Positions 45,170 through 54,337 of a stretch of DNA of 64,000 bases are shown piece by piece. The notes under the pieces are model-generated. The model saw only the letters and a program-made list of their open reading frames with translations. It did not search any database and was not told the origin of the DNA. How positions within the stretch are numbered: the first letter of the stretch is position 1; the number at the start of each line of letters is the position of its first letter. The position numbers and the translations under genes are program-made. The stretch comes from a virus, in the IMG/VR virus record IMGVR_UViG_3300045988_160931, positions 1 through 64,000 of that record; one strand, given 5' to 3'.

Positions 45170-46369
45170 AAAAAAACAGGAACAGGAAAATATATTCCAA
45201 TCATAAAAAATGGTGGATATATGGAGGACATTCACGGGGATCAAGATGATAGATATATCAAGGGATTTATATCTATCGCACAAGAAAAATACAATATGAA
45301 AAAAGAAGATGCAGAAATAGCGATTAAGGATTTTTTGGATGTTATAGAATCTGCATCATCTTATCTATTTTCAAGAAATCATGCTGTCCCATATAGTATG
45401 ACAGGATACATTATTGGTTGGCTTAGATATTACTATCCTCTTGAATTATTTACTGCTGCATTAAATGTATATAAAGACAACGCAGAGAAGATTGCATCGA
45501 TCAAAGAGTATATTCGCTCAAAAGGATTCCAAATAAAGAATATTAAATTTGGGAAGTCTAAAGCAGAATACTTTATGGATAAGTCAGAAAACTCAATATA
45601 TCAGGGAATTGAGAATATATCATATTGTAATGCTCAAATAGCAGATGAATTATTTGAATTGTCAAAAAACAAATACGACTCATTTATTGAATTGTTAGAT
45701 GATATTACATCAAAAACATCTGTGAATATAAGCCAGTTGCATATTCTTACCGGATTAGATTTCTTTTCGGATTATGGGAAGAATAAAAAACTTCTCAAAG
45801 TGATCGATCTATATAATGGTGTAAAAGAAAAGAACAAGACAATTCTTCCTTCATTAAGAACTTGTAATCAAATAAAGAAAATAAAAATTGAAAGTTATTC
45901 CAAATTTGGGCTATCTGAATTTCTTATTAAGAAGTATTCTAAAAAGGAAACTGCTGCACAATATTCTAAGATCGATAATATTGGTTTATTAAACGAGATG
46001 TGCGATAGACTACCAGAAGAATCAATGACGTTGCAGGAAAGTGCAAAATTTCAAAAGGAATACTTGTCGTTCGTACAGATCGATTCTGCATTAGATGTAG
46101 ACGAAAATTATTACATGGTAATTGATTTTAAGGTGTATAAAGATAAATCACGCCCTTACTTAACACTGCAAAACTTACATGACGGCACAAAAATCAAATC
46201 AAGAATAAAGAGTTCAAGGGTATTTACAGCAAAACCATTCGATGAAATGTCAATTCTTTCAATCCCGGTTTTAGAGATGGATTTCAAAAAGAAATGTATT
46301 GATGGGGAATGGAAAGAAACAAAGGAGTTAGAATATATTCTGACAAATTATGAGGTCGTAAACGTATAA
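45170..46369 (+). CDS. dnaE: DNA polymerase III alpha subunit, exon 2
   Basis: In frame with ORF 45167..46369; continues the DnaE fingers and C-terminal domains. Confidence 0.8.
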   Translation, partial: KKTGTGKYIPIIKNGGYMEDIHGDQDDRYIKGFISIAQEKYNMKKEDAEIAIKDFLDVIESASSYLFSRNHAVPYSMTGYIIGWLRYYYPLELFTAALNVYKDNAEKIASIKEYIRSKGFQIKNIKFGKSKAEYFMDKSENSIYQGIENISYCNAQIADELFELSKNKYDSFIELLDDITSKTSVNISQLHILTGLDFFSDYGKNKKLLKVIDLYNGVKEKNKTILPSLRTCNQIKKIKIESYSKFGLSEFLIKKYSKKETAAQYSKIDNIGLLNEMCDRLPEESMTLQESAKFQKEYLSFVQIDSALDVDENYYMVIDFKVYKDKSRPYLTLQNLHDGTKIKSRIKSSRVFTAKPFDEMSILSIPVLEMDFKKKCIDGEWKETKELEYILTNYEVVNV

Positions 46370-46401
46370 TAAAAAAACAACTTACATTAGCTTGTTCGAT
46401 T

Positions 46402-46443
46402 CTTTTAGTTTTAATGCTAAAAATCGTATTATAATAGTGTAAG
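46402..46443 (+). promoter_or_regulatory. conserved bipartite promoter motif, copy C
   Basis: CTTTTAG-N16-CGTATTATAATAGTGTAAG; ends 34 nt before ATG 46477. Confidence 0.55.
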
Positions 46444-46476
46444 TTGTTTTTATTATTTCTGAAAGGCGGTATGCGA

Positions 46477-48753
46477 ATGGCACGAAAACGTGACGAGCCT
46501 GAGACACGAGTAAGTTTCTCAGGGGAAGTTATCAAAGAAATCTGGAAGTCTGATACATTCAAAGTATATGGTGTATTGGTTAATACGGCAAAATTCCCAG
46601 ATATTAAGCAAAACGATTTTGGGAATGTATCAATTAGTGGCGATATTCAAGATTTGGTGATTGGTGCTACATATGATTTTGTTGGTATTGAACAGACAAC
46701 AAAGAATGGAATCGGATACAAACTTGAAAATGTCAAAAGAGAAACGCCAAAAGGGGATAGTATTCTTATCTTCTTGAAAGAAATATTAACAGAAAAGCAA
46801 GCCGAAGAACTATATCGTGTTTATCCAAATATTATCGATATTATAAAAGAGAACAAATATGACGATCTTGATTATAAGAAATTGCATGGTATTGGTGAAA
46901 CGCATCTCGAAAGAATCAAAAACAAAATCATTGAAAACTTCTGCCTTTCAGATATTATCACAATGTTCAATGGTTGTTTGAGCATTTCTGTGGTGAAAAA
47001 GTTATACGACAAATATGCAGATGTGCTTGTCATAGAAGAGAAATTAAAAAAATCCCCCTATGATTGTTTATGCAATCTTGGCGGAATTGGATTCAAAACA
47101 GCCGATTCGATTCTATTAAACCTTGAAGAAAAATCAAAGAAAGATGGTTTGAAATCAATTATTAAGTTTGATGATGATCTAAGAACCAGTTTACAACGGT
47201 GTATTTCTTGTGCGATTTATCTTCTAAAGAAAAACGAGGAATCTGGGAACACTAAAATGAATTTAGTCGATCTCAGAAAACAAGTTCTTGAAACAACCCC
47301 GGAATGTATTGATAAGTTCCCAACTGCAATTCAAGATAAAAGAATTTGGTATGATAAAAAGACGTTGGATATTGCACTTGATTCTACATACAAAAAAGAA
47401 TTGAAAATATCTGATTTTATACATACGATGGTTCAATCTGATTCTTCATGGGGAATTGATAAAAATAACTTTGACATTGAATGCTATCGCAAATCCGGAG
47501 ATATTGAATTGACAGATGAGCAATTAAGCTTGCTGCATAATATCATCAAATATAACATTTGCACACTAGTCGGCAATGCTGGTTCCGGGAAAACAAGTGC
47601 TGTCCAATCTGTTATCAAGATGCTACAGGATAATCACAAGCTGTTCCGACTATTAACTCCAACAGGAAAGGCTAGTAGAGTGTTATCGAAATATACAAAA
47701 TGTGCAGCGTCCACAATTCATAGAGGGCTACTCTATAATCCGTCAGACGGGTGGGGATATAATGAAAATTGTAAACTGCCATATGACATCATAATTGTAG
47801 ATGAGTTTTCTATGGTAGATATTTCACTATTTTGTAGATTGATTGACGCTATTGATTGCAGCAAGACAAAAATTCTTCTGATCGGGGACGATGCTCAGTT
47901 ACCTTCTGTTGGATGTGGTAATATCTTGCATGATATTCTTAGTTCAAATTTAGTTCCAACAGTAAAATTGACAAAAATCTTTCGATATACTTCTGGTGGT
48001 TTAATGAAAGTTGCTACTGACATAAGAAATTGTTCTCCTTATCTTGATAATAAGAACAAGGGCAAACTTATTCCGTTTGGTGAAGATAAGGATTATGTTT
48101 TTATTTCATCGAACGAAGATGATATTATTTCAGATACAATTTCATTATACAGAAAACTACTGCAATCATATAATGTCGAAGATATTCAAATCTTAACGGC
48201 AAAAAATGTAGGTAAATATGGAACAGAAAAATTGAATTTTGCCGTACAAAAGGTAGCAAATAAGAATTATGGTTCGTCAAATAACATGATAGTAGGAAAT
48301 ACGACTTATTATATAGGAGACTTGATTATCCAGAAAGCAAATAATTATAAAGCGAAGATTTATGACGAGATCGATTCTGATAATGATTCAGGGAAATCCG
48401 AAACAGCTTTTGTTGCGAATGGGGAGCATGGAATCATCAAAAAGATTGATCGTAATTACGTTGTGATTGATTTCGATGGAGTTATGATAGCATATAAAAA
48501 AAGCGAATTAAATTGTATTGGCTTAGGGTATGTAATCACAACACATCGTTCACAGGGTAGTCAAGCTAATATTGTTATTGTTGTAACTCCTAAAGCAGAT
48601 TCTTTTGTATTAAACTCTAATTTATTGTATGTAGGCGTGACGAGAGCAAAGAAAACGTGTTATCATGTTGGGAATGCTTATGCTATCAATCGTGCTATTC
48701 AAAAGAAAGAAGATTGGAGTAGAAACACTTTTCTTTATAAGTTTTTAAGCTAA
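46477..48753 (+). CDS. RecD/RecD2-like SF1 helicase
   Basis: GNAGSGKTS, IIVDEFSMVD, LIGDDAQLPSVGCG, TTHRSQGSQ and LYVGVTRAKK. Confidence 0.85.
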   Translation: MARKRDEPETRVSFSGEVIKEIWKSDTFKVYGVLVNTAKFPDIKQNDFGNVSISGDIQDLVIGATYDFVGIEQTTKNGIGYKLENVKRETPKGDSILIFLKEILTEKQAEELYRVYPNIIDIIKENKYDDLDYKKLHGIGETHLERIKNKIIENFCLSDIITMFNGCLSISVVKKLYDKYADVLVIEEKLKKSPYDCLCNLGGIGFKTADSILLNLEEKSKKDGLKSIIKFDDDLRTSLQRCISCAIYLLKKNEESGNTKMNLVDLRKQVLETTPECIDKFPTAIQDKRIWYDKKTLDIALDSTYKKELKISDFIHTMVQSDSSWGIDKNNFDIECYRKSGDIELTDEQLSLLHNIIKYNICTLVGNAGSGKTSAVQSVIKMLQDNHKLFRLLTPTGKASRVLSKYTKCAASTIHRGLLYNPSDGWGYNENCKLPYDIIIVDEFSMVDISLFCRLIDAIDCSKTKILLIGDDAQLPSVGCGNILHDILSSNLVPTVKLTKIFRYTSGGLMKVATDIRNCSPYLDNKNKGKLIPFGEDKDYVFISSNEDDIISDTISLYRKLLQSYNVEDIQILTAKNVGKYGTEKLNFAVQKVANKNYGSSNNMIVGNTTYYIGDLIIQKANNYKAKIYDEIDSDNDSGKSETAFVANGEHGIIKKIDRNYVVIDFDGVMIAYKKSELNCIGLGYVITTHRSQGSQANIVIVVTPKADSFVLNSNLLYVGVTRAKKTCYHVGNAYAINRAIQKKEDWSRNTFLYKFLS

Positions 48754-48900
48754 TAAATCTTAATAAAATAAACAATATAAAGAAAATAAATAATAAATCA
48801 AAGCGATAGAGTATATAAAATTACTCTTTTATATAGATTTTTTACATCATCGTATTCTTCTTGAAGCAATACGTTTGCATAAAAACAAATTTGTAAGCAG

Positions 48901-51039
48901 GTGATTATTATTCAAATAAGGAAGAAAAACGGTAGAATTGATAATTTTGATTCTAATAAAATCCGGAATGCTATTATTTCTGCATGGATTCAAATTGGAA
49001 TGCCAGATTTTAATAAAATCGATGAGATTGTTTCTACTGTACAAGAAGAAATAAAGGATAAAGAAAATGAAAACGATTACACATCGGTTGGAGAAGTAGA
49101 GAATATTGTTATGTCTGTTCTTTTCAAAGAAGTCCCAGACGTGGCAAGAGAGTATTCTAGTTACAAAATGGATAGAGAAAGAGCGAAAAAGAACCCTACA
49201 GAAATTGAAAAGGTTCTTTATGTAAACGATGAAGTTGGTTCTGAGAACGCAAACAAAAATGTTGAATTGACGCATATTAAAAACGCTTACCTTGCTGAAA
49301 TTCCTAGTAAAGAAATGATGCGAAAACTTCTCCCGAAAGATTGTGTGGAAGCACATGATAAATCAATTGTGTATTTCCACGATGCAGCTTATAGTGTAAG
49401 AAGTATGGAGAATTGCAGATTGCTAAATCTTGATGAACTTCTTCAAAATGGTTGTGAAATAAATGGTGTTTGGATTGACAAGCCAAAGTCATTTAGAACC
49501 GCTGTTACGATTGCAACACAGGCTCTCACGCATATAACTTCTAATAGTTATGGTGGTTGTACAATCAATTTACTTCATCTAGCAAAATTTGTAGATGTGA
49601 GTAGACAAAAAATCAAAAAGAAATACGATAATTACAATATTGATGATGAAACAAAAGCTAAACTTGTATCAGATGACTTGAACGAAGAAATTAAGCAAGG
49701 AATGCAGACATTTACCTATCAAAACCAGACACTTTGTTCTTCAGTAGGGCAGGCTGTATTTTTGACTGTATCTGTATATCTAAATGAAGAGCCTAAATAT
49801 ACAAATGATCTGATTTTGATTTTTACAGAGATGCTACGACAAAGAATCCAGGGGATAAAGGATAAGAGTGGTGCCTATGTCAATCCTAATTTCCCTAAGA
49901 TTCTTTATTTTCTTGACAAAGATACAATGCGTGGCGGTAAGTATTATGATGTAACAAAACTTTGTGCAGAATGTTCGGCTAAGAGATTAGTCCCAGATTA
50001 TATGAGTGTAAAGAAACATATGGAACTAAAAGGCATTTGCACAGCAAGCATGGGTTGCCGAGCATTATTATCTCCATGGCGTAATCCGAAAACAGGAAAA
50101 CTTCAAGTCTGGGGTAGGGCAAATATGGGAGTACAATCATTAAATCTCCCTTACATTGCAATGGAGAACAACGAAAATCATTCTGAAGAAATCCTTTTTG
50201 AGAATTTAGACAAATATCTTGACATCGCATATCGAGATATGTTGTGGAGAATAAATCATGTGGCAAAGATTAAAGCGAAATCTTGTCCTTTAATGTGGGT
50301 ATATGGTGGAGTTTCACGTCTTAATCCAGAAGATAATCTTGAAAGTCTTGTGTATGGTGGTTACTATACGATTAGTCTCGGCTATAGTGGACTTTATGAA
50401 TGTATAAAATATATCACTGGTGAAAACCATTGGGAAGGTAACGGCAAAATCCTTGCTCATAAACTACTTGATTACATCAATTCAAAAAATGATGAATTCG
50501 GAGAGAAGATAAATGTAAGTATTGCACTTTATGGAACGCCATCAGAAGTACTTACAACAAAGTTTGCAGATGCTTGCCTAAGAGATTTCGGACAAGTTGG
50601 CGATGGCACTCAAAGGCATTATCTCACAAATTCATATCACGTCCCTGTATTTGAAAACATGGATGCCTTTACAAAACTAACAGAAGAAGCACAATTTAGT
50701 GACAAAACTACTGGCGGCAGCATTAGCTATGTAGAAGTTCCAAATCTAAGTAATAATCTTGATGCAGTACTAGAAGTAATAGAGCATATTGGGAATACTT
50801 GCTTATATGCTGAATTGAATAGTGAAGTATCTCAATGTGAGAACCCAGATTGTATGTTCTCTGGATATGATTTCAAGAAAATTCAAGATGGTGGCACTCT
50901 GAAATGGCAATGCCCTAAATGTGGCGAAACAGAAAGAGTAAGGACAAGCTATCGTGTATGCGGATATATCAGTAATCTAAATCAGCTCACTGTTGGTAGG
51001 GCATCTGATATTCATGATAGAAAGAAACATTTGAATTGA
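48901..51039 (+). CDS. nrdD: anaerobic ribonucleoside-triphosphate reductase
   Basis: N-terminal ATP-cone, C-terminal zinc ribbon CPKCG, and glycyl-radical motif RVCGY; start codon uncertain. Confidence 0.9.
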   Translation: MIIIQIRKKNGRIDNFDSNKIRNAIISAWIQIGMPDFNKIDEIVSTVQEEIKDKENENDYTSVGEVENIVMSVLFKEVPDVAREYSSYKMDRERAKKNPTEIEKVLYVNDEVGSENANKNVELTHIKNAYLAEIPSKEMMRKLLPKDCVEAHDKSIVYFHDAAYSVRSMENCRLLNLDELLQNGCEINGVWIDKPKSFRTAVTIATQALTHITSNSYGGCTINLLHLAKFVDVSRQKIKKKYDNYNIDDETKAKLVSDDLNEEIKQGMQTFTYQNQTLCSSVGQAVFLTVSVYLNEEPKYTNDLILIFTEMLRQRIQGIKDKSGAYVNPNFPKILYFLDKDTMRGGKYYDVTKLCAECSAKRLVPDYMSVKKHMELKGICTASMGCRALLSPWRNPKTGKLQVWGRANMGVQSLNLPYIAMENNENHSEEILFENLDKYLDIAYRDMLWRINHVAKIKAKSCPLMWVYGGVSRLNPEDNLESLVYGGYYTISLGYSGLYECIKYITGENHWEGNGKILAHKLLDYINSKNDEFGEKINVSIALYGTPSEVLTTKFADACLRDFGQVGDGTQRHYLTNSYHVPVFENMDAFTKLTEEAQFSDKTTGGSISYVEVPNLSNNLDAVLEVIEHIGNTCLYAELNSEVSQCENPDCMFSGYDFKKIQDGGTLKWQCPKCGETERVRTSYRVCGYISNLNQLTVGRASDIHDRKKHLN

Positions 51040-51055
51040 TAGAAGGTGAGTATAG

Positions 51056-51565
51056 ATAAATTACGCTGATATTATTTATTATGACACGGGAAACGCAGAT
51101 GGTATTTCTACAGTCCTGTTTGTTTCCGGTTGCGAAGCCAAGTGTAAAGGATGCCATAATCCGCAAACATGGGATTTTAATTATGGCAGAAAATTTACAG
51201 AGAATACAACATCGGACATCATTGAATCTCTGAAGAATCCTCATATAAAGAACTTTGTTATTAGTGGCGGGGAACCATTACATAATAGAAACGCATTCTG
51301 TGTGTCTGAACTTTGTAAATTGATAAAGCGTGAAACTAATAAAACAATCATTGTATATACAGGTATGACTTTACAGGAACTGAAAGTCCAATATCCTTAT
51401 CTTTCTTGTCTTTCTTATGTCGATTATTTAATTGACGGCAGATTCGAGAAAGAAAATGTTACAGAGAAACTTGAAAAAAGAGGCAGTAAAAATCAAAAAT
51501 GCTATAAAATTAAACATTATGGTGTGACGAATGTAGCCGTAGATGTTACTGACTCATATTTTTAA
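51056..51565 (+). CDS. nrdG: anaerobic RNR activating enzyme (radical SAM), apparent ATA start
   Basis: CX3CX2C (GCEAKCKGC, 51131-51154) and the NrdG-like N-terminus lie upstream of the first canonical start (GTG 51302). In-frame stops at 51047 and 51053. ATA 51056 lies 9 nt after AAGG. Confidence 0.8.
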   Translation: MNYADIIYYDTGNADGISTVLFVSGCEAKCKGCHNPQTWDFNYGRKFTENTTSDIIESLKNPHIKNFVISGGEPLHNRNAFCVSELCKLIKRETNKTIIVYTGMTLQELKVQYPYLSCLSYVDYLIDGRFEKENVTEKLEKRGSKNQKCYKIKHYGVTNVAVDVTDSYF

Positions 51566-51576
51566 TCGGAGGTTTT

Positions 51577-52218
51577 ATGAGCAAAAAGAAAGAAAAATAT
51601 GCGATTGGTAAATCGGATTTATATATACCATATGACAATAGTGTAAGTGCTTGCTTTCGCAATTGTTTGGCAAGCAACACATATTTTGAAAAGGTTTCAG
51701 AATATCAATTCAAAAAGGATTTGGCGAATAATATCCCGATTAGTTGGGATGTTAATGGTTATAATGTAACGAATGTAGATATCGAGAAATTCTACAATAA
51801 TATCAAAATCCCAGACAGAGCAACTATTGGTTCGGCTGGGTATGATTTCTTTGCTCCATTTGACTTTACACTATATAAAGATCAGTCAATTGTAATCCCG
51901 ACAGGGATTCGATGGGTTTCAAAAGACCCAATCTTCTTTCTTAGCCTTTATCCCAGAAGTGGGTTTGGCTTTAAGTTTGGTTTATCTCTTGCAAATACTG
52001 TTGGGATTATTGACAGCGATTATCATGAATCTGCAAATGAAGGGCATATCATGGTTAAATTGTCTAATGATGGTATCCATAGCAAAGATATTTCATTTAA
52101 GACCGGGGATGCTTTTTGCCAGGGTATTATTTTACCGTTTATGGTAACGGGCAACGAGAACTTTAATGCAAAGAAAAAAAGAAACGGTGGATTTGGCTCA
52201 ACAGATAAGAAGGACTAA
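51577..52218 (+). CDS. dut: dUTPase with an N-terminal extension
   Basis: GSAGYDF, YPRSG, GIIDSDY and a C-terminal GGFGST motif. Confidence 0.8.
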   Translation: MSKKKEKYAIGKSDLYIPYDNSVSACFRNCLASNTYFEKVSEYQFKKDLANNIPISWDVNGYNVTNVDIEKFYNNIKIPDRATIGSAGYDFFAPFDFTLYKDQSIVIPTGIRWVSKDPIFFLSLYPRSGFGFKFGLSLANTVGIIDSDYHESANEGHIMVKLSNDGIHSKDISFKTGDAFCQGIILPFMVTGNENFNAKKKRNGGFGSTDKKD

Positions 52219-52220
52219 TT

Positions 52221-52448
52221 ATGTTAAAATACAAAAATGAATGTGTTGGATGCGATTTACCATGTGTTGATTGCGGTAGAAAACGTATTGCTCATATGTA
52301 CTGTGATTCTTGTGGTGAAGAAGCCGATGAATTATATCACATGATTGATTCTGCTTATGACAGTCAATACATTTGTAAAAGTTGCAGAGATTCTTTGTTT
52401 GAGATATTTACGTTAGATGATTATCCATCTAGCTGTTATGAAGATTAG
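52221..52448 (+). CDS. zinc-ribbon protein
   Basis: CVGCDLPCVDCG...CDSCG...CKSC. Confidence 0.6.
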   Translation: MLKYKNECVGCDLPCVDCGRKRIAHMYCDSCGEEADELYHMIDSAYDSQYICKSCRDSLFEIFTLDDYPSSCYED

Positions 52449-52464
52449 GTAAGGAGTGATATTA

Positions 52465-53217
52465 TTGAGCAATATAGATAATAGAGTAAGACCAAAGGTA
52501 AAACTCATAAGTCATACTCCACATCCAATTGATTTAATTGCAAAATGTGCAGCAGTCTGCTATGATAGCGAACCCAAAACGTCAACAGTAATTCATTGTG
52601 TAAAATCAGGGCATACATCTATTTTAGAACACGCCAATTTTACTTTCCAAATTGAGAATGTATCACGTTCTCTTTTAGCACAACTCACACGCCATAGAGT
52701 TGGCGTAGCATTTAGTGTAATATCTCAAAGATATGTCTCTATGGAGAATACCCCATTTGTTACTCCCAGAGCAATAAAAAGTACAACTACTACAGTTAAT
52801 GCGATAAGTATTATTCAAAATACGTTTGATAATATCAGAAATGATTATTTGGAATTGCGAGATATCGGAGTATCAAAAGAAGATGCACGTTGTATTCTCC
52901 CCAATGCTTGCTCTTGCAAGATTATAATGACAATTAATCTAAGGGCATTGTGTCATTTGTGTAATGAGAGATTATGTTCAAAAGCACAGCTTGAAATTAG
53001 AGAAATGGTTCAAAATATGAAAGGCTGTATTTTGAACCTTGAAGATATTCCAAATGATTTCAAGCAATTTATGAAAAATAAGATGCTTGTGCCAAAATGC
53101 TGCACTTATGCTGTAGAACATTGCCCAGAATCAAAGGGGTGTGGTTTAAGATTATCTGCAAATGAAATAAACCAGTATATTAAAGAAAGGAATGAGCCAA
53201 TTGAATTTGATTCATAA
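52465..53217 (+). CDS. thyX: FAD-dependent thymidylate synthase
   Basis: ThyX motif RHRVGVAFSVISQRY. TTG 52465 lies 8 nt after AAGGAG; GTG 52456 overlaps the SD. Confidence 0.85.
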   Translation: MSNIDNRVRPKVKLISHTPHPIDLIAKCAAVCYDSEPKTSTVIHCVKSGHTSILEHANFTFQIENVSRSLLAQLTRHRVGVAFSVISQRYVSMENTPFVTPRAIKSTTTTVNAISIIQNTFDNIRNDYLELRDIGVSKEDARCILPNACSCKIIMTINLRALCHLCNERLCSKAQLEIREMVQNMKGCILNLEDIPNDFKQFMKNKMLVPKCCTYAVEHCPESKGCGLRLSANEINQYIKERNEPIEFDS

Positions 53218-54103
53218 AAAATATAAGGATATTCATAGATTAAAGACAACATATGCGAATGATTTTTCTATTGGGAATCATATCATCATTCAAGAAAAAA
53301 TTGATGGCGCTAATGCCTGCATTCGATATGACTTAGAAAACGATCAAATTATTGCTCAAAGCAGAAAGTGTATTCTTTCAGATGGGAATACACTTCGTGG
53401 GTTTTATACTTGGGCAAAATCCTTAAATACAAAACAATTCTCAATTTTAGGCAATCGATTTCTTGTTTTTGGAGAGTGGCTTGTTCCTCACTCTATAAAA
53501 TATCCAAACGAAGATTATAACAAGTTTTATGTTTTTGATGTATACGATGCTGAAAAAGAGGAGTACTTACCACAAACAAACGCTCATGATTTTGCAAATG
53601 CTCTTAATTTGCTTTATGTCCCGACATTCTATGATGGTAAGTTTACTTCGTGGGATGATATTTTAGAATATGTAGGGCAAACCGAAATGGGCGGCGAATA
53701 CGGTGAAGGTATTGTGGTAAAGAACCAAACAACATTAAATAGCCCTAAGCTTGAATTTTATGTAAAGATTGTCGGAGAAAAATTCCAAGAAACAAAAGGT
53801 AGTAATGCAAAAGCGGTAGATAAAGAAAAACTACATTCTTTAGAAGTAGACATGAACCTAGCACAAACAATTGTTACTACAGCAAGAGTAACTAAAATTC
53901 TTAATAAGCTTGTAGATGAATCTGTTCTTCCAGAAGATTGGGGGCTTGAATCTATGGGTATTGTAGCTAAAAATTTATGCAAGAGAATTGTAGAGGATTG
54001 CATTAAAGAAGAACCAGAAACAGTATCAAAAATCAATAACTTTGGGAAGATTGCAAATAAAATTGCTATGCAATATGCAAAAGAAATGGCAATGGCAAGA
54101 TAA
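53192..54103 (+). CDS. RNA ligase family protein (nucleotidyltransferase motif I KxDG)
   Basis: EKIDGAN lysine-adenylate motif; about 300 aa; start is ATG 53192 or TTG 53201. Confidence 0.65.
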   Translation: MSQLNLIHKKYKDIHRLKTTYANDFSIGNHIIIQEKIDGANACIRYDLENDQIIAQSRKCILSDGNTLRGFYTWAKSLNTKQFSILGNRFLVFGEWLVPHSIKYPNEDYNKFYVFDVYDAEKEEYLPQTNAHDFANALNLLYVPTFYDGKFTSWDDILEYVGQTEMGGEYGEGIVVKNQTTLNSPKLEFYVKIVGEKFQETKGSNAKAVDKEKLHSLEVDMNLAQTIVTTARVTKILNKLVDESVLPEDWGLESMGIVAKNLCKRIVEDCIKEEPETVSKINNFGKIANKIAMQYAKEMAMAR

Positions 54104-54139
54104 TATAAAGCAGTTTTGAATCAATGAATTTTGAATTCG

Positions 54140-54185
54140 AAAGAGATGTTGGTTAATCCAGCATCTCTTTCTTTGTTTTTTTTTC
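54140..54185 (+). terminator. rho-independent terminator
   Basis: 13-bp stem AAAGAGATGTTGG/CCAGCATCTCTTT, 5-nt loop, long T-run. Confidence 0.75.
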
Positions 54186-54337
54186 TCAATTTCAATCCTC
54201 AATGCCAAATCGATCTTATATAATAAAATATAGATTTAACAAGAAATCCTTGTTAGGACTAGATTATTTTCTGTAGTTTGATGTATAATAGCTATACTTG
54301 TGACTTTTGAAGATTATAAATTGAAAGGACGTTTTAT

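Noticed and set aside
48754-48900. NrdR box or riboswitch upstream of nrdD
   Set aside because: I could not recognise an NrdR-box palindrome or a structured leader. There is only an AT-rich spacer with a weak hairpin and a degenerate copy of the CGTATT motif.
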